Assembly: GCA_045636685.1 (NCBI GenBank) | Contig: JAZTXZ010000085.1 | Coordinates: 1-53,856 of the forward strand | Source of the DNA: Candidatus Avispirillum sp. | Lineage (GTDB): Bacteria; Bacillota; Clostridia; Oscillospirales; CAG-272 | Direction of reading: 5' to 3' | Length of the DNA stretch: 53,856 nt | Notes under the pieces: generated by a model | What the model was told of the DNA's origin: nothing | The model's database searches: none | The model's input: the letters and a program-made list of their open reading frames with translations, nothing else | In this document: positions 38,801 to 46,072 of the stretch, piece by piece | Layout: each line of letters begins with the position of its first letter | How positions within the stretch are numbered: the first letter of the stretch is position 1 | Position numbers and translations under genes: made by a program

Positions 38801-39363
38801 CTTACTTCATCTGCAGTTTTCTTCTCCTCGAGTTCATCCTCTGTGTCGCATTCAAATTCATCTTCAAAGCAGTAAAATTCAGATTCTTCATCAAAGAAAT
38901 CATCGATCGGCAATTCCTCACTTAAATCCTCTTCAACAACAGTATCAGCAGGTACCTCAATATCCAAAACATTTTTCAGCAACTCAGAAGGGTCCTCTGC
39001 TATTGCTTTAGCAAGATGAACGGCACTGATCTCCTCACTGCCCTCAGCTTCAGCCGTTTTTTTAGCCGCTTCAAGCAATTTTTCCATATATTCCGTATCT
39101 GCAATTTTATTTGAGTCGGCTTTCTCATATAAACAAGCTAACAGCTTATTCCTATAGCTGTTATGACTCTTTTTATTATCGAGAAGAAGACTCAACGCAC
39201 AAATAAGCTCCTTATCGTTTGCACGGAGCTCTTCGAGGGAAAGAGTATTGAAAAGATCTATCATCTTTACGATAACCTTTTCGACCATGGGAATGGGCAA
39301 ACCGTTTATGTCTTCCGGATTTCTAAATCCCAGCAGCTCCGAAAGCAACTTGGAATACTTCAT
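35890..39363 (-). CDS. soluble fusion protease: Clp-N repeat, ClpB-D2-type AAA+, receiver-like domain, FtsH-type AAA+, M41 zinc peptidase
   Basis: EISAVHLAKAI; FLFAGPPGVGKT, RFDMSEY, LLFDEVEKAHP; ILVVSD...EEA...VLLD; GVLLYGPPGTGKT, FIDEIDAI, LLTEMDGF, RFDR; HEAGH, LGGRAAE, GASGD; no TM helix. Confidence 0.85.
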   Translation of the reverse strand: MKYSKLLSELLGFRNPEDINGLPIPMVEKVIVKMIDLFNTLSLEELRANDKELICALSLLLDNKKSHNSYRNKLLACLYEKADSNKIADTEYMEKLLEAAKKTAEAEGSEEISAVHLAKAIAEDPSELLKNVLDIEVPADTVVEEDLSEELPIDDFFDEESEFYCFEDEFECDTEDELEEKKTADEVRNALESIVQDTKSLQNMLSSLVVGQDNAVRTVAEGYYRSQVLKLTEKKRKKPGAVFLFAGPPGVGKTYLAEMTAQAMNVLSSLDYANEIRFKRFDMSEYADKESNLEFCGSDKVYKGGGRGNVTGFVEDNPRSVLLFDEVEKAHPVVINLFLQILDGGYLRDNYTDHKVSFLNTVIIFTTNAGKQLYEGAESENLAQVSRKVILRTLQKDINPVTNIPYFPSALCSRFASENVVMFNHISANDLRKIAKMEMQKRAEGFEAASGVKVEIEEDVYTALLFEEGAGTDARTVSARAGSFIDDELYELYSLASSERVGSKVKDIRMVKIGTELPDDDNIVSLFRNKETSEILVVSDNNTLDACKQNAEGSLYTFFGAKSIEEADAIFEERDIKAVLLDMSFGIRSTDVLLNIEDAQSDARVIFSHIKEEYPRVQICLLQTEEHIYSEEEIRSFSKQGIFDMISLASSKDGFCNEVCKICDGIHFVRSMTGLARANKLVSYETSQKLNDDKMSAEISLFDFKLETAVDAEDIGNVLSGVSKPDTVFDDIIGGEDAKDELRHFESFLKDPKKYRKKGLENPRGVLLYGPPGTGKTMLAKALAGESDATFIAAEGNQFLKKYSGEGAEAVHELFRTARKYAPSVLFIDEIDAIAKERGSGESQNSNDSILTALLTEMDGFKKDASRPVFVLAATNFSADPDSPRCLDRAFLRRFDRRIKIDLPSKDDRIKFIKKKLGMRVCYELSDEYVENIAVRSTGRSLAELSSIFELAARISVRYNEDKVTESIFDEAYETFFGGDEKKTDDDQLLRIARHEAGHGLICTLSGEIPSYITIVARGDNGGYMQYGDREGKGLYTKNELLSRIRTALGGRAAEIVCYGDSEGLSTGASGDLLEATDLAYKMICYFGMDPSIGLCVLGDTAREDKEVRAAVNKILSEQLSLAVSEIRSNEEKLDRLAELLIKKTHLTRKEISEVVL

Positions 39364-39380
39364 GTTATTCTGGCTCCTTA

Positions 39381-41168
39381 TTATCTTGCTCCGACCTTTG
39401 AATCCTTACGTTTTTCATCCTCATCGAGGCCCGAAAACTCAACAAGGTCATGATGCATTTTGGCAAGGTCATTCCTTGATTCTTTGTTATGAGAACCGCT
39501 ATATATATATCCCTCTGATCTCATATAAGCATTCCATCTGCGGTGCTCCAGCTTCTCTATAATATCACGCTCACTGTCCGTCAGTTCTTCTTCCTTTTTG
39601 TATGCGCCGGGAATATTGCACTCTACCCTGGCCTTCATATGTACCGCAGATGCAACGGAAGAGCTGTAGTTATACTCATATCCCCAGAATTCCTCCTCCT
39701 TGCCCCACTTAAGATGGCGGGCAAGAGCCTCTGCCTCTACTTCGGAATCGATAATGACGTTCTCCGTTCTAACGTCGCAGATAAAATCAATATCATATGC
39801 CTGGCCTCTGTAATTTACGATCCCTTCAAGAGCTTCCCTTGCATCACGGCTATACACAACCGTTTGAATAACGGGTTTTGCTCCTATTCTCTCAAACAGC
39901 ATTCTCAGATTTACTGCAGTTTTAATATTATCCTTATCGTTGCCCAAGGTTACCATAACGTAGGTTGTATCCTTGAGCTTCATTATTTCATCGGCAAACT
40001 GCTTTGTATCAACAGAAATACCGGAATTTATGTTGATAGTATACTCAGCCTCATCCGGAATACTTACTCCGTTATATCTTTTAGACATAAGCTCAGGACA
40101 CAGAGCAGAAAATTTTTCCTTTGCCAAGGGATCTTTATCAAAGGCATCTATCTTTATTTTGTAACCGTCCATCTGGCAATACCATGAAAGAGATTTCACC
40201 ATCTCAGTTCCGTATCTGCCCATACCAACGACCACCGCGCCGATATGCTTCATATTATCCTCAGCCTCTTTGGCACTGCTGAAGATCTTTTGGCCGTCAT
40301 TATACAAAAGATGGGTTATGAGGCTTCTGACCTCATTTATGCGTCTTACCTTCAGGGCGCTTTCTTTATTGCCGTTAAGCAAAAGCTCGCTCTCTATCCT
40401 TGTCGTAAAAACATAAAGTCTTGTATTTTCACGATCCTTGTATATATTTCGCAATTTAAGTGCCTGAGATATATTTTCGGCTTCATCGCTTCCCATTACA
40501 AACAGATACATGGCAGTATTTTTTATTTTTCTTCTCAGATTAACAGTTAAAATATCGCCTTTGAAGCATACGGCACCAAGTGCTCTTGCACGCTGGATCA
40601 GCTCGTAGGTATCCTCTTCCTCTTTTTCAAAAACATCTGTAAATACAATGAGCACCTTTTTATGGTTTTTCTCAATATCCTCAGCAAGTGAAAGAGTTTT
40701 TTCGTTCAGCTCTGAGAAGATATAAGTATCCCTGAAAGGAAAGCACTTATATTTCAGATATGATGTTATATTCTTGAAAAAGGAAAGCAAAAATCCAAAT
40801 GTCAGAATGGGGGCAAGGAGGAGAAGCAAATATGCCAGTGCCGTATAAGGCTCACAGAGCCACTCAAGCCACTCAGGCATATTAGCAACACCGTCTCCGA
40901 TAATGCTATAATCATCATCAACAGAAAAAGCTCTGATAGCATGATGGAATGCAAGGATTAATGATTTTATAGTATCGAAGCTGTCGCCTCTGTATTTATC
41001 AACATATACAGGTAAATTGAGAAAAACGGAAGAGGCCGCCCATCCTCCAAACAGAACATTTACAGGATTAACTCTGACACGGACCTTCTTGAAAAACAGA
41101 ATAGCAGAAAAAACTATAGCTTCCAAAAAAAGGCATAATGCCAACACAAAACAAAAAAGCCAGATCAT
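39381..41168 (-). CDS. second channel-like TM-RCK-RCK-RyR protein (paralog of 33597-35804)
   Basis: 3 TM helices, LAFHHAIRAF, VVGMGRYG, VTLGNDKDNI, LEHRRWNAYMRSEGY...AKMHHDLV.F..L...EKRKD. Confidence 0.78.
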   Translation of the reverse strand: MIWLFCFVLALCLFLEAIVFSAILFFKKVRVRVNPVNVLFGGWAASSVFLNLPVYVDKYRGDSFDTIKSLILAFHHAIRAFSVDDDYSIIGDGVANMPEWLEWLCEPYTALAYLLLLLAPILTFGFLLSFFKNITSYLKYKCFPFRDTYIFSELNEKTLSLAEDIEKNHKKVLIVFTDVFEKEEEDTYELIQRARALGAVCFKGDILTVNLRRKIKNTAMYLFVMGSDEAENISQALKLRNIYKDRENTRLYVFTTRIESELLLNGNKESALKVRRINEVRSLITHLLYNDGQKIFSSAKEAEDNMKHIGAVVVGMGRYGTEMVKSLSWYCQMDGYKIKIDAFDKDPLAKEKFSALCPELMSKRYNGVSIPDEAEYTININSGISVDTKQFADEIMKLKDTTYVMVTLGNDKDNIKTAVNLRMLFERIGAKPVIQTVVYSRDAREALEGIVNYRGQAYDIDFICDVRTENVIIDSEVEAEALARHLKWGKEEEFWGYEYNYSSSVASAVHMKARVECNIPGAYKKEEELTDSERDIIEKLEHRRWNAYMRSEGYIYSGSHNKESRNDLAKMHHDLVEFSGLDEDEKRKDSKVGAR

Positions 41169-41233
41169 ATATCCTCCATTTATACAAATGCCAAAATGCG
41201 CCGATCAAGTTAAGCTGTCGGCGCATATGACTG

Positions 41234-42487
41234 TTATTTTTTATTCCAAAGATTATCCATCGCACGTCTGAACTCAGAATCATCCATGTGGCAGATATCA
41301 CTTATGACAGTGATTCCCATATCACTGGCCCTCTGCCTGATATGTCCTTCATTTGCGGCTCCGTTCAAGGCGCTTGCAACAAGTATTTTCTTTGCATATT
41401 CTGAACCGAACTTTTCTGCAACAGAATTAAGTTTAAACAGTTCTTCAACTTCAACATGTCCGTTTTTGCACGAAACAAATATAGGAATGATACCCTTCAT
41501 AAGAATGGCATCGACTTCATTTTTCGTATCTCCTCCAAGGAGGTCTGCCTCAGCATTTCCGTCCCAGTCAAGAGTAACGCCGGTCATTACATCGTTATAT
41601 ACAGGTTTATCCTCTTCATCGCACAGCTCTCTTGTAACGGCATATACCTTCATTTCAAGAGCCTGTCCCGACTTGATGAGACACTTCTTCACCTGCTCGT
41701 TTTTATATGTTACAGTGAGTTTTTCACTGTCTACGGAAAATGACTTAATAAGTCCCGCATTCAGAAGCTTATAGAATATCCATTTGTAGAACACGTAAAA
41801 GCCCTTTTGACCTTTGAGGTTTTCCGTTATCTTCTCGATTGATGCAGTAGTGGTAAGAGGATCGTCGTCATGTTCTCTGTAAAGCTCCGCTACATCAAGC
41901 ACTCTTGTCTGATAATTCCACTGCTTGCAGTTTGAGCTGCAGATATCCCACATAGCATGGATATCTCTGATAAAATACTTATCCATATTCCATATATGTG
42001 TTGTGCCTTCTACATCATCATCATATATTATATCGCCGCCATACATACGTATATTTTCGCGAACAGACATATAAGGAAGCTCATCACCCATAATGGTTTT
42101 TCCGTCTCCATCGCAGTCGATAAGCTTATTGTACTGGATATTGAAACGATGCACCTGTATTCCTCTGTCCTTATATCTTTCGCTGATGATGCCGACAGCG
42201 GCAATATAAAGCTCGTCACCGCCGGTGAGATCAAAGGCGCAGTCCTCATAAGTATCAAGTATCTCCTCAAGAACTTTGACAATGCCCTTGAGATCGTTTT
42301 TATTGACAGCTTTATGCAAAAATTCCGTATCGTATCCTCTGTCTCTCAGCACGCTCTCATATCTTTCTGCATGCTTTTTCAAAAGCTTGGACTTATCTCC
42401 TATCAGCACAACCCTCTCGGGTGGGTTGATAAGTGTCGCACAAACATTTTCTATGGTTACTTTATCAAAAAATTCAATATACGTCAT
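41234..42487 (-). CDS. CARF plus PD-(D/E)xK nuclease protein, DUF1887 / Card1-Can2-like
   Basis: N-terminal Rossmann-like fold with FDLTGG motif; C-terminal GQALE...NEVD.....IFVSCKNG...ELFKL. Confidence 0.78.
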   Translation of the reverse strand: MTYIEFFDKVTIENVCATLINPPERVVLIGDKSKLLKKHAERYESVLRDRGYDTEFLHKAVNKNDLKGIVKVLEEILDTYEDCAFDLTGGDELYIAAVGIISERYKDRGIQVHRFNIQYNKLIDCDGDGKTIMGDELPYMSVRENIRMYGGDIIYDDDVEGTTHIWNMDKYFIRDIHAMWDICSSNCKQWNYQTRVLDVAELYREHDDDPLTTTASIEKITENLKGQKGFYVFYKWIFYKLLNAGLIKSFSVDSEKLTVTYKNEQVKKCLIKSGQALEMKVYAVTRELCDEEDKPVYNDVMTGVTLDWDGNAEADLLGGDTKNEVDAILMKGIIPIFVSCKNGHVEVEELFKLNSVAEKFGSEYAKKILVASALNGAANEGHIRQRASDMGITVISDICHMDDSEFRRAMDNLWNKK

Positions 42488-42750
42488 CTTTTCAATCCCA
42501 TTTGATTAATTCTGTTTTCAACTTCTTCTGCAATTTCATCAGACATGATCTGCATAAAACGTTTTACATTCATTTTTTCAACAGAGAGATCTATCTCATC
42601 ATAGATATCCTGATATGCATTGACTTTATCAGTACACTTACGGCACACTCTCATATGTGTATTTACATCAGAAATAAGCTTCAGGCTTTGTTCATTAAGC
42701 TCTTCCACAGATACAAACTCAATGATCTCTTCAATGCTTAGATGCTTCAT
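42484..42750 (-). CDS. small zinc-binding anti-sigma (ZAS / zf-HC2) protein
   Basis: N-terminal HL..E.I..F plus HMRVCRKC (HxxxCxxC); overlaps the upstream sigma-like gene; no TM. Confidence 0.7.
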   Translation of the reverse strand: MKHLSIEEIIEFVSVEELNEQSLKLISDVNTHMRVCRKCTDKVNAYQDIYDEIDLSVEKMNVKRFMQIMSDEIAEEVENRINQMGLKR

Positions 42751-43579
42751 TATCAATTACCTGCCTGATCTTTTTGTTTATTTTGTTTAGCCAATCGCTT
42801 ATTGATGAAGTTGCACCCTTTTGCATAAAGCAATCCCGAAACAAAGTCTCCCCCAAAAGCATGCCGTCATCCTGCGTTTTTTTCAGACGCGCATCAATTT
42901 TTGTAAAGTTACCCTTTGTAAATCCGAGCCATGAATACTTTGTTTCATGTACAAGAAGGCGAAAGGCTTTGTTTCTCATGCTTACAAGAGGTCTGTCACC
43001 AAATGTATCTGCAAGCTTTTTTGTTGCATCTTTTCTCGTTGCACCTGTTTCCATCATGAGGTATGAATGGAGAATCCATGTAAGAGACTTGTACGGAGCC
43101 GTGCTCATGTCTGCCACTGTGAAAAAGCACTTTTTCAAAAGGTTTACCACATTTTCAGAGGGCTTCTCTATTCCGCGCAACAGTCTGAGATAATACCATA
43201 CATCACCCTGCAAAAACTTATTCTTATCCGTCAGTTCCCCTGTGAGCTTTCTTTTGTAATCGATAAGAGTTCTTACTCCAAGCGTTCTCAGCCAAGGTCT
43301 GAGACCGTCAACATCATCATTAACAGGACCGAAAGGTCCGTCCTTTTTCACATACCTGTTAAGGATCTTTTTAGCCACTTTGGAACGGATCTTCTGCATG
43401 ATTTCGTCAAAATGGTCGTTTGTCCTGAGCAGTCTGTCGTCATAGCATTTGAGCTTAATGTATTTATATAAAACTGCTTCCGCTATTCTCAGCGCAGTAT
43501 CTGTAACCGCCCCGTCGCTTTCCAGAAGCTCATTGACCATCATATAGTATTCTTCATCAGTATACTCTCTTTGTGTCAT
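42731..43579 (-). CDS. divergent ECF-type sigma factor-like protein
   Basis: sigma2-like DEIMQ...LRPWLRTLGVRTLIDYKRK; C-terminal sigma4-like SSISDWLNKINKKIR; coupled to a ZAS gene. Confidence 0.6.
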   Translation of the reverse strand: MTQREYTDEEYYMMVNELLESDGAVTDTALRIAEAVLYKYIKLKCYDDRLLRTNDHFDEIMQKIRSKVAKKILNRYVKKDGPFGPVNDDVDGLRPWLRTLGVRTLIDYKRKLTGELTDKNKFLQGDVWYYLRLLRGIEKPSENVVNLLKKCFFTVADMSTAPYKSLTWILHSYLMMETGATRKDATKKLADTFGDRPLVSMRNKAFRLLVHETKYSWLGFTKGNFTKIDARLKKTQDDGMLLGETLFRDCFMQKGATSSISDWLNKINKKIRQVIDNEASKH

Positions 43580-43612
43580 CTAACTGTCCTCATTATATAT
43601 TATAACAAATAT

Positions 43613-43641
43613 AATATACCATATTTCGACAGTTTCGTCAA
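43613..43641 (-). promoter_or_regulatory. SigA-type promoter of the sigma operon
   Basis: minus strand TTGACG-17 nt-TATATT with TG extension. Confidence 0.65.
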
Positions 43642-43697
43642 CAATGAGTATAAACGCTTTTCGCCTTTTCAAAATATCCTGATTATTTTTCTGCCGT

Positions 43698-43729
43698 ATA
43701 TAACGAGGGATTGATCTGCTTTTTCGCAA
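43698..43729 (-). promoter_or_regulatory. ECF-like promoter motif, copy 1
   Basis: TTGCGAAAAA-N14-CGTTATAT, repeated with identical spacing at 49433-49464. Confidence 0.6.
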
Positions 43730-43751
43730 TAACGTGAGCCTTTTTACTTCT

Positions 43752-44945
43752 TTAATCGGAATTTATTCTGATGCACTCACCGAAGGTAGCTGTTACCTCG
43801 CTATCCACAATTATCCATATCACAGGTACATTCAATGATACGCTCTCATCCGGAAATTCCGCATATCCATCTGTTATAATTATAATTCCCGCAGGCAGTT
43901 CATCTTCAAAGTACCCGTGCATACTGTCAAAAATCACAGAAAAACTTGTTCCTCCTCCGCCCACAGGCTCAATGGAAGAAAGCTTTTTTATACTGTCAAA
44001 TTCAACAGGCTCGGATACTTGAGTGTCGAAAAAGGAAATATAACCCGAAAGATTGCCTATCTGATCTATAGCAGATCCGATCTCGCTCATAGCCTCCGAT
44101 ATAGCTTTATTTGAAATTGATCCCGATGTATCAATAAGAAACCACAGTTTTTCTATCTTACCGCCATCCTTGTTTTCAGAAAAAGAAGGAAGGATCACAT
44201 CCCCGCCGAATCTGTTATCCGGAGGAATAAAATCATAATCGTACCTATCGTGCTGAATAAAATCGTGAAGCACCTGCCTCCAGTCGATCTTATTGCGCTT
44301 GGTTATCCCCTCTATAAATCTTTTGAGTCCGCAGGGGATGCCCGAGCCGTTTTTACCGGATGATTTTGACGCATTTGAAATATAAGTATTCCATGTTTCC
44401 TCAAGTATGCTTCCGTAAATATCGATGCTGCCCCAAACGCTGTGATCATCAAGAGAGTAATTCCCTTCGGCAGCATCCGGCAAACCCATAGTATTCCCCA
44501 CGCTTTTCTGATTGAGAAGCATAAGATATACCTGCTCAGCGCTATACTCTCTGCCCTCCTTGCCATCGGGAGCAAGGTGCATTACCTTCCACCCGTCTAT
44601 GAGCATCTCCTTTTCTCCCATGGCATCAAGGATCACTGAATTAACTACTATATCACATGCGATATTATAAAGCAGATGCATTTTCCCTTCCGCGCGTGTA
44701 CAATGCTTCAGCACACAGTGCATCAGCTCATGCAGCATTACGAAACTGAGCTCCCTGTCACTCAGCCGCGCAGCAAAATCAGGATCGAATACGATACGCC
44801 TCATATCCGTAAATGCAGTTTCACAATCGGCAAATCCGAAAGGCAGATGCATCAAAAGCCTACCGAAAAAGGGATACCTGTCCAGCATATCTGCCCTTAT
44901 TGTTATCAGACGATTTGATATTTTCCTCATGATATCGCGATTCAT
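43752..44945 (-). CDS. DUF2201-type metallopeptidase plus vWA domain protein
   Basis: PFFGRLL, TAFTD, HELMH, NIACD..VN, LIDTSGSI (MIDAS), GGGGTSF, IITDG. Confidence 0.88.
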   Translation of the reverse strand: MNRDIMRKISNRLITIRADMLDRYPFFGRLLMHLPFGFADCETAFTDMRRIVFDPDFAARLSDRELSFVMLHELMHCVLKHCTRAEGKMHLLYNIACDIVVNSVILDAMGEKEMLIDGWKVMHLAPDGKEGREYSAEQVYLMLLNQKSVGNTMGLPDAAEGNYSLDDHSVWGSIDIYGSILEETWNTYISNASKSSGKNGSGIPCGLKRFIEGITKRNKIDWRQVLHDFIQHDRYDYDFIPPDNRFGGDVILPSFSENKDGGKIEKLWFLIDTSGSISNKAISEAMSEIGSAIDQIGNLSGYISFFDTQVSEPVEFDSIKKLSSIEPVGGGGTSFSVIFDSMHGYFEDELPAGIIIITDGYAEFPDESVSLNVPVIWIIVDSEVTATFGECIRINSD

Positions 44946-46072
44946 ATTCCACCGCCTGCACTATATATATCGGAAATGCTGTCCTTATTTCTTGTTACCC
45001 ATGTCTGGAAGGTATAGCATTTCATCAGCTTTTCCGAAAGGCCCTCAATAAGGAGAACATCCCTGACAAAGACTACTGCAAAATCCTTCGGAAATCTGAA
45101 CACATAATCACATACATTTGTTATATTCTGAGGAGTTATACTGTTCTTCTTATCCCTCATAGCGCTGACAAGTCCCTGGGTCAACGCATACATTACATCA
45201 TGGGTTTTAGGGTACTCTCTGCAACGTCCGTTCATAATATCATTTACAGAGGGAATAGAAAGACAACCCTTACAAAATGCACAGAACTCTATAGCAGTAT
45301 CGTTCCCTACACAGGCTGCTATCAGCATCTGTTTTTCCGAGGTTATTATTGATTGATTTCTCAGTATCCTGCTGACATACTGCCATGATCTTGGAGTTGG
45401 ATATGCAAGATCAGAACTTTCAGGCTCAACGCAGAGACGGCTCTCGTCCATTCCGATAAAAGCGATGACCATTTCCGAAATTCCGTTTTTCACCGCCCAT
45501 TTCTTCCATGACGCAAAATCAGCCTTTACGTTAAAATGCATAAGTCGGTTACAAAGTGCTTTGGGCATCTTATAGCTGACGCTCATATCCGTTACTCTGT
45601 TACCTGCCGCAATAACAAAGCAATTATCGGGCAGGCTGTGCTCTCCGATTTTTCTGTCAAGGCATAACTGATATGCTGCCGCCTGTACCTGCTGGGGCGC
45701 AGCTGACAGCTCATCCAGAAACAGTAAGTTGATCACTCCGCGGGAAGGGTCCATTTCAAAGATACGGGGCTTCAGCCAATTTGCAAGCTTATGCTCCGTA
45801 TCTGCTACAGGTACCCCTCGCAGATCAATAGGCGAAAACAAAAGAAGCCTTACATCCGTGATATTCACCTTTACATCATATTCCTTTTCAAGCTTTTCGG
45901 CAAGCTGATAGATTGCCTGGGATTTTCCGATTCCCGGTGCGCCCCATAAAAACGGTGTGGTCAGCTCCTTCATGGGAATACGGTCCTCGATTGCCTCTCC
46001 TATCACGATTTTCAAAAGACTTATTACCTTCTCCACGGTCGTACCGGGAATATTTAACTCCATATCACTCAT
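44942..46072 (-). CDS. MoxR-clade AAA+ ATPase
   Basis: LWGAPGIGKS, DVRL, DLRGVP, LFLDEL, AAGNR, ALCNR, PTPRSW; ATGA-coupled on both sides. Confidence 0.9.
   Translation of the reverse strand: MSDMELNIPGTTVEKVISLLKIVIGEAIEDRIPMKELTTPFLWGAPGIGKSQAIYQLAEKLEKEYDVKVNITDVRLLLFSPIDLRGVPVADTEHKLANWLKPRIFEMDPSRGVINLLFLDELSAAPQQVQAAAYQLCLDRKIGEHSLPDNCFVIAAGNRVTDMSVSYKMPKALCNRLMHFNVKADFASWKKWAVKNGISEMVIAFIGMDESRLCVEPESSDLAYPTPRSWQYVSRILRNQSIITSEKQMLIAACVGNDTAIEFCAFCKGCLSIPSVNDIMNGRCREYPKTHDVMYALTQGLVSAMRDKKNSITPQNITNVCDYVFRFPKDFAVVFVRDVLLIEGLSEKLMKCYTFQTWVTRNKDSISDIYSAGGGI

Noticed and set aside
35890-39363. Annotation as housekeeping ftsH or clpB
   Set aside because: No TM anchor, no ClpB D1 or middle domain, and a non-housekeeping gene context.
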